64,000 nucleotides of DNA, from the NCBI GenBank assembly GCA_009103225.1, contig RHPI01000772.1, forward strand, positions 1 to 64,000, written 5' to 3'. The notes beneath the pieces were generated by a model. It saw only the letters and a program-made list of their open reading frames with translations, did not search any database and was not told the DNA's origin. This document shows, piece by piece, positions 39,874 through 53,185 of the stretch (its first letter is position 1; the number at the start of each line of letters is the position of its first letter). The translations under genes and the position numbers were made by a program. This stretch comes from Chlorokybus atmophyticus. Taxonomy: Eukaryota > Plantae > Mesostigma and Chlorokybus algae.

Positions 39874-40927
39874 GTCCATGGCAACCGCATTGTGTGAGGT
39901 GCCCCGAATTTTGGCAAGTAGTTGTACCGACTCAGTTTTGGCACCATGCATGATTGCTGGCTGACAAACAGTCCTAGATGCAGCACTACGCAAGTTTATT
40001 CACCTGTCAGCTTACAGTATTGCATGTCCAGCCTATGCTCTTCCTGCCTGTATGTGCGCAGTTACACATGCAGGTCAATATCTGGATAACTCAACTCGCA
40101 CTTCATGGCCTCAAGTTGCAGCTAGGTGGAGCTTCCAGGCCGGTTGTAGCTGACATCTGGGATGCAGCCTACACCTGCCTAGCCGCGCTGTGTTTGGAAG
40201 CTTCAAGCATACCCCTAGCATGATTGCCATTATCAATGTTTGTGGCATCTGGTTAGAGTTGCTGCTTGGTCGTGTTTCTCTCTATGACCGAAATAAAGAC
40301 AACCACAACACAGCCCAGTGTTCATACTTGTAACACCCACACCAATACCAGCGGGTTAATGCTATGGCATTTGCGTGTGCATGCCATGGCTGGTGTGTAC
40401 AAACAATGTAAAACGGAAATGCTCATGCATAGTGGCATGCACAGTCAGTAGCATGCAGAATGAGACAGCACATGCCAACCACACTATTGTCAAATCAACC
40501 ACCGGGTTCATTCACTACCTAACACACTACTCTACTCCTACTACCCCGTTGTGCCCTCATCCGCCCTAACCCAACATGCCCTCTCTGGTATAACACTCCT
40601 TGCATTGTATCTACACTGTGCTTGAAGTCGAGTTGTTTGGTCTGTACATGCACAGTTGCATAGGGTGAACCAATTGCGGGGCCCATAGTATCAGTAGTGA
40701 GACACATGCATGTGACAGTCCATGCAAGTGCAACAGCGCGTTGCACGCAGTGCAACGCAAAATGTCACAACAGAACAACTGAATGTCTTTGCAATGTGAC
40801 TGCACACATGTGCCTCATGCGCATGCGCTAGCTCATACACCAGACAAAAGTGGCAACTGTTCAGGTGGTGAGGCTTGTACTCGCCACCCATGCAGCGCCA
40901 GTTGATGAATGGGGGGACACGTGAGGA

Positions 40928-43023
40928 CTACTGGATGAGTGAAGCAAGAATCACGCGCGGTCCAACAAAAGAGTGACGTGAGTGCATGCTCAGCATGTTG
41001 TCAACAAGCAGGACGTCACCCTGCTGCCACCTAAAGGCCACCTTATTCTCCGTCATGATCTTCACGGCCGCTTCTATTGCGTCCGGGTCCAGCGGCTTTC
41101 CGTCGTGCGCGTGCGTCACAGCCTTTGACCCCACGTTACGCGAGTCATTCCAGCCGGTGTATGCAGCGACAATGGAGTTAAAGAATACCTGCACGCAAAT
41201 GAGCATGTCCGACACAAGCCGTGCGTGCGTTGATGCGTGCATTGCATGTGATGTTTTATAACCCACCTTTTGGCCAGTTCTGAAATCAGTGCGTACAGCT
41301 GGCATCGCTGCTGAGGTGGTTTTTAGCGAGCCGTCTGGAAGCCACTCCCAATCTGCGCCGCTCTCACGCACCTTCGCCTCTGCGTCCTCCCGTCTGAAAA
41401 GCAGTGTTGGAGTAAGGGAACACGCGCATGCTAACATTGATCCAGACGTCATGCACAATGCATGTGTGTACGTGTGCATATCGTACCCATAATGACGAAT
41501 ACAGTTACTATGCATGTGCACACGTGATTGCACACATGCATGCAGACACCCGTGATTGTACACATGCGCACCTAGTGACATGGTAAGTGGACTTCCAGCC
41601 GCGGCCGATGGCCGAGCTTGGATCGTCTTCTTCTGGCATCGTTCTCGTGTACCGCACCCCATGCTTTTCCAGAAGCTTAACGAAGGCAGGGTTCTGCTCC
41701 GCCAACTGTGCGTATACGATGTCGCTGCGCACGATGGGCGTCTCCCCGCCCTCTTTTGATGGCATGTGCGCGAAGAAGAACAACCGGCTTGGGAACTTGG
41801 CGACCTGAAAGCAAGAAATGTGTGCATGCGCTAGTGTGCGTGTGCAGATATTTGCTGTACATACCTACACGCCAGGAGCATATCGGGTGAATGCGTGCGC
41901 AACCATGCGACAGTGCGTGTGCGTGCTCTCTGTCTTGCTCTCACCTGAGCCATTTCATGATGGAAGGGGATAAGCTGGTCAGGTGGGCTTTCGTTAGCCG
42001 TCACAACGCGCTCGCCAACAACTCTGCGCACCGCGGCGCCGCCGACATACGGAAGGTTGGGCCATCCAAACGCCACAACAAACCTCTCAAAATCCTGCAT
42101 GAGCTTGCAATCAGCGTGTATACTTAGGCCTTTGGTCACTGTCTTGCTGTACCTGTGGTTCGCGGGTAGAGAAATCCCTAAACAAGATGGCTCCGTGCTT
42201 CTGCAACTGACCATCAAGCCAATCTGTATTGCTCTGAAATGAATGCACACACAAGAGGAGAAGGCCGGAAGTGTTAAAAACATCAGTTGAGAATAATGGG
42301 GCTGTCACACACATGCAGAGAGACAGAGACACACATATGCGCACACATGCACGGGCACATGCGCAATCACAGGCTGCTTCACCTCAATAAACGAGAGCGC
42401 ATCCTCAAGACTGGCGTTGGCATCGTCGGGCACCAGTGTCAACGGATACGTCACGTCCGCAACCTGTGATCAACAAAGTCAACTAATCTGCTGACACAAG
42501 GCTTGAACAACGTGTAGAGCCTTCTAGCAGAGAACACACAGCTTCCAAGCATGCAGGACAGCACAGCCTTGTTTGTATCCTTTCCCCAGTCAGTATGCCA
42601 ATGCAAGAGTGACACAGTATGCGCACTCGTTGACCGTTTGAGTGCGAGCTTGTAGCTGTTGCGATGAGAAACAGACATTTGGACTCGAGTGTTGAACTTT
42701 CCAAATATGGTAAAAAGTGGGAGTCCCACAGGCAAGCACCTTGTTTATGACTTCTTGCCACTCGGTATCAATCTGATGTGTGTTTGAGGCTGCCAAATTA
42801 AGTGCGCGTCAATGTTGGAAAGCCGTACACCAACACAAACACACACTGTGCCTCTCACCTCCTTCTGTTCAGGTATAGACGCAGCCTTCATCTTAAGTGC
42901 GCCCATCTTCACAGCTGCCTCCTTATTGCCACGCTGGCAGAAAACAACCGGACGAGTCCTGACAGGTCTACTGCAGAAGGACAGCGGCACCGTCAACCCC
43001 GCCAACGGCGCCGCTGAGGACAT
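40928..43023 (-). CDS. Clavaminate-synthase-like TauD/TfdA 2OG-Fe(II) dioxygenase
   Basis: VVTANESPPDQLIPFHHEMAQ, LFFFAHMP...GGETPIV, VFFNSIVAAY, WQQGDVLLVDNMLSMHSRHSF. Start is 43023 or 42906. Confidence 0.9.
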
Positions 43024-46000
43024 CAACAAGAACGGCAATCACGCCGACACTGTCCGTGTCATGCGCCGACGTGCTTAACCAGGCGTGCTGAGGTGGACTG
43101 TCGGCGTAGATGATGTGGACAGGGCAGCACGCCACGCATTTTGCCTGTGATTGGGGCGAGGAGGCGACGGCGGATGGCGGTCGCGGCGGCGGTCGCGGCG
43201 GTGTCGCCATGCCTATCGCCAAGGTCGTCGTTGAGGTCGAGTGCATGCAGAGCTCGCCTGCCTCTCAGATCGCCGCGCTGCGCCGCCAATGCCGGCGGAG
43301 GCGAGCTGCACGAAGGCGACCAGCCGTACTCAGGTGACACTCAGGCCGCCTACCAATTGCGCCCCAATGTCTTGGCAGCTTTCATTGCTTCGCTTCACAA
43401 CCCAAGTTGCACGCGCATTGCTGTTGCAATTTTCGTGTTGACTTGCTGCCAAGGCAAGGTTTCGTGAACAATTTGCCTTGAAACAAGAAGATCAGCTGAC
43501 ACTGGGAGCAGTAGCTTACTCCCCAGCTGCCTTTGTTCAACCATTGTGGTTTTATAGTTTGAGACCCTTCCAATCCAGAAGTCTGTTTGTTGCGAAATGG
43601 CGGTGTAGTGACAAGCAACAACCTCTCTCTCTCTCTCTGCGTGGGGGTTCAATTGCGTGCGTGCGTGCGTGTCTGTTGTGTGCGGTTGGTAGAGCATGTC
43701 TGTGTCCATGCAGCCAGCGACCATGAGATAGTCACCCTGTTCACTGCGGATGGAGTGGTGCGGCTGGCCGGCAGGAAGATCCGTCAAGCACGAAACAGCA
43801 GCAGCAGTCAGCATGCCGGCTTCCCAGAAAAGACTTACGTGTCGCTGCCAGGGCTCTGCGTTGGTGCCACTTTTGGCATCCATGCCACAAATGTAGGTTT
43901 TGCGTTTAGGCGTGTGAGGCTCAAGTCTCAGGCTGCCTTTTACAGTTCGTCCACTGAATGTTTGTACACGATGCATTGTTGTGTAAAGTAGCTGTGTTGC
44001 TTTTTGGGGAAACAGCGCTTGTTGTGTGCAGGGCCAGGACATGCGCCGGCGAATCTGCATCGTGGGCTTCTGCCACTCCGTTGAGATGCTGTCTGATGAG
44101 GTGGAGCAGGCCGTGCTCAATGTAGGGGGCGAGGTTAGTCAACAGCTGTTCCTTTACACGCAATGCTGGTTGCTTGTGGGTACGTCATCGGTGATGCAAT
44201 GACCACCGACAGGTGTGGAACCATGAGCTGGAGAGCCTGGGTTTGCATGAGAAGCTACACATGACGGTGGCTGTGCCATTGCTGTGGGGCGTGCCGCCGG
44301 CATTGGACTCCTTGAGGGATGCCATTCGCACTGGCGGAGGTGTTGTCCACCATGCGTATCGCCAATGGGCCTTTCTGTGACATTTGACTGATACAGCATG
44401 TTGTGCATAGGGACAGCCTTGTACAGATTGTGGCTCCTCTCAGCTTAGGTTGTGTACAGTGATTGATGTACAGGCGCTAGCACATGCATAGGTCGGAGCT
44501 CCAATGTGACTCTGTGCAGATAATTCTTCAGGAGTATGTGAATCAGCTGCTAGTAGCACAGTGATTGCGTAACTAGCCATGTGCTTATTAAAGCCAAGAG
44601 TGGCTTGTGAAGTTGGTGATTGCTAGCTTGCCCCTCATTAGGCAATTAACTTCAATGACGTTGCACAAGTTGTAGCCCATGCTTCGTCCTTGATATGACA
44701 ATGACGATAACGCGCAAGCCATTGCCTTTGATGATGACAATGCGAAAGCTTGATGATGACAATGCGCAAGCTTGTGCTTACTTTTTTTTCTACAACTACT
44801 GGAAACCACTGGACATGTATTGCTGAACTTGCGATGCATATATGCACACACGTCGCCAATTGTCTCGCGCATATCCTGTACAATGCAATTGCTGACAGCT
44901 GTGTTGTTGTCATCATACTCGAGACATTTGTCAAACACATCACAAAAATTCGCAAGACTAACAATACCGCAAGACAATGTTGTCATATTCTTATGCTGCC
45001 GTGTTGTTGATGAACTCTACATTACACCGCTAGAACTTGATGTATATGTTCATAGGTACAACATGTATAATGTTTACCCAAATGTAATTCCCCCCATAGC
45101 CAATTNNNNNNNNNNNNNNNNNNNNNNNNNNNNNNNNNNNNNNNNNNNNNNNNNNNNNNNNNNNNNNNNNNNNNNNNNNNNNNNNNNNNNNNNNNNNNNN
45201 NNNNNNNNNNNNNNNNNNNNNNNNNNNNNNNNNNNNNNNNNNNNNNNNNNNNNNNNNNNNNNNNNNNNNNNNNNNNNNNNNNNNNNNNNNNNNNNNNNNN
45301 NNNNNNNNNNNNNNNNNNNNNNNNNNNNNNNNNNNNNNNNNNNNNNNNNNNNNNNNNNNNNNNNNNNNNNNNNNNNNNNNNNNNNNNNNNNNNNNNNNNN
45401 NNNNNNNNNNNNNNNNNNNNNNNNNNNNNNNNNNNNNNNNNNNNNNNNNNNNNNNNNNNNNNNNNNNNNNNNNNNNNNNNNNNNNNNNNNNNNNNNNNNN
45501 NNNNNNNNNNNNNNNNNNNNNNNNNNNNNNNNNNNNNNNNNNNNNNNNNNNNNNNNNNNNNNNNNNNNNNNNNNNNNNNNNNNNNNNNNNNNNNNNNNNN
45601 NNNNNNNNNNNNNNNNNNNNNNNNNNNNNNNNNNNNNNNNNNNNNNNNNNNNNNNNNNNNNNNNNNNNNNNNNNNNNNNNNNNNNNNNNNNNNNNNNNNN
45701 NNNNNNNNNNNNNNNNNNNNNNNNNNNNNNNNNNNNNNNNNNNNNNNNNNNNNNNNNNNNNNNNNNNNNNNNNNNNNNNNNNNNNNNNNNNNNNNNNNNN
45801 NNNNNNNNNNNNNNNNNNNNNNNNNNNNNNNNNNNNNNNNNNNNNNNNNNNNNNNNNNNNNNNNNNNNNNNNNNNNNNNNNNNNNNNNNNNNNNNNNNNN
45901 NNNNNNNNNNNNNNNNNNNNNNNNNNNNNNNNNNNNNNNNNNNNNNNNNNNNNNNNNNNNNNNNNNNNNNNNNNNNNNNNNNNNNNNNNNNNNNNNNNNN

Positions 46001-46051
46001 NNNNNNNNNNNNNNNNNNNNNNNNNNNNNNNNNNNNNNNNNNNNNNNNNNN

Positions 46052-47956
46052 CCCCGCCCCTCTCTCCGAGAATATGGAGGGGTGGGAGGGGGTAGGGGTT
46101 CGACCTTACAATGCCCCTCCTACACGTAGACCGCCTCCTCCGCCTGCAGGCAAGGAAAAACAAGGAAGATCAAGGGAATAAAAGGGGGAAATGAAGAGCG
46201 GCAAACGCGCCACAATTCGTGATGTTTACCACAAATACCGTGTGTTTCTTACCATATATATAGGTATTATAATTGATGCTGAGATGTTGCTGGGTTGTGT
46301 GACATGTAGTGCTAATGGCAGACCGCTGTTTAACGACTGTCTGCCTCTTCAAAACATAGTAGCCTCTGGGGCCTGGGACGCAATAAGTAGTAAACGCATG
46401 TAAAAGTCATGGTACTATCTTATGGTATATCTTTACCATACTTGTACTATCGTATAGCGGTACATAAAACATACGAAAGCTGTGTGGTATATCAACTCAC
46501 AACGCGACATGCGTAAAGGCTTAAGACTTCACGATTAATCATATTAATTATGCAATTATAAATCAGTCGCGTACTATGCATGTCATAGTAAAAAGTATGT
46601 ATACACCCGCTAAGATTATACCAACTTGTGGCTCTTTTTACTTCATTGTGATGTTCACGACATAAGAGCTTAATATCAATCACGTGCGAATAAGAACATT
46701 AAGATTGCTTCACCATTTATGCATCAATGTAATGTGCGTGTGGTGGGGTGAGGGGGGGTGAGGTTAAGCGGGGCGGGCCGGGCGCGTGATATATGTGTGT
46801 ATCGCCGAGTCGTCATAAAAGTTCTCACATAGTTATATGTTTTTGGTATCACAAAGTTACAACGATACTTATTACAATATTCCAAGCAGGCATGTGTGCT
46901 TGAAGTTTATTTGTAATGAATGACGTCAAATGATTGTTAACGAGGGGATCAATATGTCACAGTTATATTTTATGCACGCTTGTAGTCAAGTAAATAGGCA
47001 CAATGTTATGTTAGCAAACGCATCATATTACAAGAACCATAAGGCAAACACACACAAAATAATACAAAGTATGTCACATCAATTATTGATAAACATGCCT
47101 GATGAATAAAGACCAACAACAGACATGCATGATGACAGAAAGGGCGGCGCTCAACTGTACACGCGGCGCATTACGAGATGTTGCAATTGGCATATACGTG
47201 AATACGTAGTGCCGCGTAATAGCAGCACTACGTATTCACGTATATATGTATTCACGCATATAACTCTAACTCGACACTTTACAATATATGCGGCTTCTAG
47301 TATTATTCCAAAGATCAACACAAAAAGAGTTTATTCTGATGTTTTCTCTATAAATTATATTACAATAATTACAATAATACAAAAAAGGGCACAAAAATGA
47401 TGCTTTATTAATGTATGGTGCATTTAGATAATGCACATTGTAATGCATAGCTACGCGCGGATTTGAATTAAAACCAACTCTTGTGTCGATATGAAACGCA
47501 AGTTTTTGCGACACTACGGTAAACATGGGTTAAATATGATAAGTCGTATTATTATCATAATGCGCTGCGACACTTGTTAATGTATTTACATAACATGTAT
47601 GATTAAAGACTGGAAGTTACATGAATGACATGACATATTGGAAATGACGATTATCAACTATTTGCACACATACTTTTTAATGCTTAATACGAAGATACAG
47701 TCTTCTTTAATTAAAAGACTATAGTAAGAGTGAAAATTAAACATTGTTGATATTATAAAACCCTTTGGAGGCCAATGTTGTTGGTCAAGAGTTATTTGCA
47801 TACATGACAAGATTTAAGCAAAGGCTTATATTGCTAAGTGGTGCGATTGACATTGGGGGGGGAGGGGGGGGGGGCGTGTGCAGATATTTGCTGTACATAC
47901 CTACACGCCAGGAGCATATCGGGTGAATGCGTGCGCAACCATGCGACAGTGCGTGN

Positions 47957-48014
<58 letters not shown>

Positions 48015-48400
48015 TTTTGTTAATAACATAAATTATCATTCATGAAAAAGTTCAATTTTACGATTTTATTATTGGTGTTGCAGTTTTCGACATGGGTATA
48101 GTATATGTAAGCACGCAAAAACCCTATTATACATCTTTAGTGTTGTACATATAACAACAACGTTTCTACCATAATGATCATGGTAGAGACGTTGGTGTTT
48201 TTGTCATGGCTATATTATATGTAAGCGCCCAAATAGCACCCCCGGTAGTGGAATAACATGCTTCGAAACATTCCGGGGGAAGAGTAAAGTGGTGGACACC
48301 ACATGCACCACCACTGGTGGTGGATGTCTGCATTTCAAAATTGTCATGGGTTTTTTATCCTATGATTGGCATAGGACCCAGTCAGCCGTGATGAGCACAT
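46052..48400. other. AT-rich island without recognisable genes
   Basis: Visibly more AT-rich than the flanking genes; preceded by an N gap and contains an N plus poly-G run. Confidence 0.55.
47875..48013. other. 81-bp exact copy of TauD-gene intron sequence (41839-41919) between G runs, then N and poly-G; probable gap-fill artefact
   Basis: 47875-47955 equals 41839-41919 base for base; N at 47956; G run 47957-48013. Confidence 0.8.
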
Positions 48401-48819
48401 GATTGACGCCCATTACTGACGCCAGCGTGGACAAAGCGATTCGACCTCGCGATAGCGACTAGTTGCGGTCCGAGCGCGAAAAATGAGTTCGCCAGGACGT
48501 CGGTTGTCCCTCCCTGTCGGCGTAGATAGGCAGTGACTGTGCTCGACTCGGTGAGACCGGTTTAGGCGGTCGCGATTTGTTGACGTCGGTCTCGACGCTC
48601 GCCGGTGGGCTCGTTGTGATCTGATATTGTTAGCAAAAGTCATTGTGGACTATGAGAGACTGGTGTAAACTGCGAAAATGATGTCACGCTTGGTCTGCGC
48701 CTGTCGCGCTAGACAGCGGTCGACTTTGATCGACTGACCGAACTCAAGCGGCAGCGATTCTGATGGCTTTGCGCTCAGACTGGTTAGCAACGCGACTCGC
48801 TACAAAGTCCGACCCTCTG

Positions 48820-48975
48820 GAATTGTCCCGAACACGTCTAGAAAGCAGAAGCCACTGACACTCGCTCACCAGCAGCTGAAGACAAAATAAATGCACCGCC
48901 CGATCAAGTCTACTATTAAACGCCCATCGTCCGATGCAACCAGTGTTCGCTTCTGTAGTGGCTTCTTGAACATGC
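48820..48975 (+). promoter_or_regulatory. Candidate heat-shock elements upstream of HSP101
   Basis: GAAttGTCccGAA (48820-48832) and TTCttGAAcaTGC (48963-48975), each 8/9 of the three-unit nGAAn consensus; TATA-like sequences near 49041 and 49072. Confidence 0.45.
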
Positions 48976-49287
48976 TACTCGCTTCGCCAGTCCTCCTGAG
49001 CCTGCCAAAGCAAGCGCATTGCCATGCAGCCGCGGCGGCGGTATAAGGGCAGGCATCGGTGGCGAGGTCGGGTATATAGTTAATCCCAGCCTGCGACCCG
49101 CAGCAACGCAAACTACCCATTTGAGACAACTACAAGGCGGAGGCACAGTGTGTGTGCTGCTTGTGTACATAACAGTTGCTTTGCGTAGGTGTGCAAGCTT
49201 ACAAGCAAGCAAGCAAGCAAGCAAGCAAGTTGTGTTGTCGTGTGTTGTGCAGTATAGTGTGCTGCTGAGAGTGTGGAAGGTGCAAGC

Positions 49288-52200
49288 ATGTCGGGATTGA
49301 ATCCGGCGCAGTTCACGGACAAGACAAGCGCGCTGCTAAACCAGGCGGTGGAGCTTGCGCAGGAGCACAGCCACCCGCAGCTATACCCCATCCACGTCGC
49401 CGTTGTGCTCTTCTCCGACCCGGACGGCATCGGCAGGAGCGTCTGCGAGAAAGCTGGCGTCGACCCCCTCCTGGTGGAGAGAGCGCTCAAGAAGGAGCTC
49501 GTGAAGCTGCCTGTGCAAGAACCCCCGCCGGATGAAGTAAGCATGCTTGTCGTATGCATGCAAGCATTTCTCAGGGCTCTGTCTCAGGGCTCTCAGGGCT
49601 CAGTACTGCAGACGATCTCTCTATCGTCTGCAGTACTGAGCCCGCGTCACACGCACATATGTTGCATTGCTGTACTGCTCACAGCTACTCACAGGGACAG
49701 CAGCTTGTGTAGTTGCATGCAAAGTATGTTTGTATGATTAGTCGCATCGTCGAAGAACTGTTGTGCGTTCAGATACTTGCAGTAGTGTGGTATGTTACCT
49801 GTGCGCTTGTTCGTCTCATCTATAATCTGCTGAGAAGCTCATCCTCACCCTTGTGTGCATCCATCACTGCAGATCTATCCTGGCAGAGAGCTGACAAATG
49901 TCTTGAAAGCGGCTCAGAAGTTGCAGAAGAAGCAGGGCGACAGCCACACGGCCGTGGACCATATCCTCCTTGCTCTGTATGAAGACAAGACTGTAGCCAG
50001 AGTGTTGGAATCCGTTGGCCTCACAAAGGTACTACATGCGCACTCGGTTGTGACTGTACTGTCAAGGTTGCATTCGCACTTGTTTACAGTTAGTTCTCTT
50101 GTTACAGGCTAAGGTGGAGGAAGCAATTAAGAGCGTGCGGGGCAAAAGGAAAGTTGAAAGTAAGGGTGCAGAAGACAACTATGAGGCTTTGAAGAAGTAC
50201 GGGCATGATCTTACGGCCGCAGCAGCTGAGGGCAAGTTGGACCCTGTCATCGGTAGGGATGATGAGATTCGCCGCGTCATCCGCGTGTTGGCCCGCCGCA
50301 CAAAGGTACGTGCCAACACTGCAAATTGCTATCAGCTACATGACTTGTTAAGTAGCTGCATGGTGCTAATGTTGGCTTTTGACATAAATTGCAGAACAAC
50401 CCTGTGCTGATTGGCGAGCCCGGAGTTGGCAAGACCGCGATAGTCGAGGGTCTTGCGCAGCGCATCGTGCGAGGGGACATACCCAACACACTGAACGCCA
50501 AGCTAATTGCTCTCGACATGGGTCTCCTGGTCGCCGGCGCAAAGTACCGAGGCGAGTTTGAAGAGCGCCTTCAGTCTGTCCTGAAAGAGATTAAAGAGGC
50601 GGAGGGCACAATCATCCTCTTCATCGATGAGATCCACCTTGTCCTAGGTGCTGGCAAGGCTGAAGGAGCGATGGATGCTGCCAACCTGCTAAAACCCATG
50701 CTGGCGCGCGGCGAGTTGAGGTATGGCACACACACTGCATAGCAGACTGTTGCTTACCGAAAAGCGTTCTTACCAACATTGCTACAGGTGTATTGGTGCC
50801 ACAACACTCGCAGAGTACCGCAAGCATGTGGAAAAGGATGCTGCCTTTGAGCGGCGGTTCCAACAGGTACTTGTGGGAGAGCCGTCTGTGCCAGACACTG
50901 TCTCCATCCTGCGCGGACTGAAGGAGAAGTATGAGGCGCATCATGGTGTCCGGTTAGCGGTAAGATTGCGTAAGCTCAGATCCAAGATTTGTACTGTGAT
51001 CAACTGCTGACCTTCTGTTCTCTTTCATGCCAGGATGCTGCGCTGGTTGTTGCTGCCCAGCTGGCAGACCGCTACATTCAGAACCGGTTCCTGCCTGACA
51101 AGGCCATCGACTTGGTGGATGAGGCATGCGCGAATGTGCGCGTGCAGCTTGACTCGCAGCCTGAGGTGATAGACAACTTGCAAAGGAAATTGCTGCAGCT
51201 GGAGATTGAGGAAACCGCGCTGGCGCAAGAGAAGGACAAAGCCAGCAAAGAACGCCTTGAACTTGTGCGGTATGTGCTTCTCGGTTAGATTCTGGTTGTC
51301 GTTCTTGTTGCTGCCATTGTTGTCGTTGTCGCTGTGTCCGAGTCACAACGCACGGCATCCGATTTGGTGCTTATGCCTGCTTGCTGGCAGGGCTGAGAAG
51401 GCCAAGATTGAGGAAGAGCTGAAGCCGCTCCTCATGCGACATGAGCGCGAGCATGGCCGAATTGAAGAGATTCGCAAAGTAAAGCAGAAGATCGATGAAG
51501 TGCAGCGCAAGATCGAGGTTGCAGAGCGCAACAGAGACTTGGTCCTGCTTGCCGACTTGAAGTACGGCGCACTTCCCGAACTGCAGAAGCGGCTTGAGCA
51601 ACTTGAGCGCGAGAACGAGGAGCGTATGGAAACTGATGAGGACCGGTTGATCACAGAAAACGTTGGACCCGATCAGATTGCTGAAGTTGTCGCTCGCTGG
51701 ACAGGCATACCTGTGAGAAAGCTTGCACAGGTGGGCTCATTGCGGTGTTGTGGATGTAACATCAATGGTGTATTTGTGTCATGTACTGACCAAAGCTGTG
51801 CAGACGGATCGTGATCGTGTGCTGCACCTGGCCGAAGAGCTGCACAAGAGAGTTGTCGGACAAGACCAGGCAGTTGATGCTGTTGCAGATGCTGTGTTGC
51901 GCTCGAGGTGTGTGCCATCAGGTCTATGACAGACTGCATGCTTGTGAGCGACACAACAGTACACGTACTAACCCACAATTTGTTTCAACTGCAGAGCTGG
52001 GTTGGCGCGTCCAAACCAACCAACCGGTTCATTCATGTTTTTGGGTCCAACTGGCGTAGGCAAAACCGAGCTGGCCAAGGCGCTGGCCGCCCAGCTCTTT
52101 GACAATGAGAAGCATATGGTCCGCATTGACATGAGCGAGTACATGGAGCAACACTCTGTTGCGCGTCTTATTGGCGCCCCACCTGGTAAGCTGCACACCT

Positions 52201-53110
52201 TCGTACACACATCACAACCATGCATGTATGTTCTGCCAGTGCTCTGACCTCTGTCTGGGCTTGCAGGCTACGTTGGTTATGATGAGGGTGGCCAACTCAC
52301 TGAGAGCGTGCGGCGAAGACCATACAGTGTTATCTTATTTGATGAAGTCGAGAAAGCACATCAGCATGTAAGTTTGCAAATTGAATTCGGCAGTCCCCTG
52401 TTTGGTTGCTACAGCAACTTGGCACGCATGCTCACTCTCCTGTCTCCCATCAGGTGTGGAATGTTCTGCTGCAAGTTTTGGATGATGGACGGCTCACTGA
52501 CGGCCAAGGCCGCACAGTCGACTTCAGCAACACGGTGATCATTATGACGTCAAACCTTGGCGCAGAGTTCCTGCTTCAGGGCATTGATCCCAAGACGGGG
52601 GAGCTGACACCAGGCACCAATGAGAGAGTCATGAGCGGTAAGTGGCTAGATGCTATGTCTACGTATGCAGCTGGCAGGTCAGTGAGCTGTGCAATGAGCT
52701 AACAGATACTTCGCATGCTTGCAGTGGTTCGCCAGAATTTTCGGCCTGAGTTTCTCAACAGGCTGGACGATATAGTCGTCTTCAAGCCTCTCGCAGTGTC
52801 GGAGCTGCGCAAGATTGTGAGGCTGCAGCTGGAGCAGGTGTCGGAGCGGTTGGCAGACAGGCAAATCACTTTGTTGATGACGGACCGCGCCATCGATGTG
52901 GCCTTGAGGGAAGCCTACGATCCCGTGTATGGTGCACGGCCGCTAAGGCGGTACCTGGAGAAGTACCTCGTCACGCACATCAGCAGATTGATTATCTCCG
53001 GGGAGCTATCCGACAGCCAGCATGTGGTGGTTGACGCCAAAGGCAGCGAGCTGACCTTCAGCGTCACATCGCAAAACAAGCGACCACGCAGCGCCAATGG
53101 TATCATGTAA
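49288..53110 (+). CDS. HSP101: Cytosolic ClpB/Hsp100 disaggregase
   Basis: N-domain [13 protein letters not shown] without a transit peptide; NBD1 [14 protein letters not shown]; middle coiled coil; NBD2 [34 protein letters not shown]. Confidence 0.97.
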
Positions 53111-53175
53111 AATTGCACAATGTTGGCAGCGTCCAGCTTTCTTCCTCCCCCCGCGCGCGCAATGCCCGTAGATTG

Positions 53176-53185
53176 TGTAATGTAA
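53176..53185 (+). terminator. Tandem TGTAA, candidate green-algal polyadenylation signal
   Basis: TGTAATGTAA 66 bp after the HSP101 stop; UGUAA is the established signal in chlorophytes. Confidence 0.35.

Noticed and set aside
43059-44990. Several overlapping ORFs between the TauD-like gene and the gap
   Set aside because: No recognisable domain or consistent splice model; may be UTR, promoter or decayed TE.
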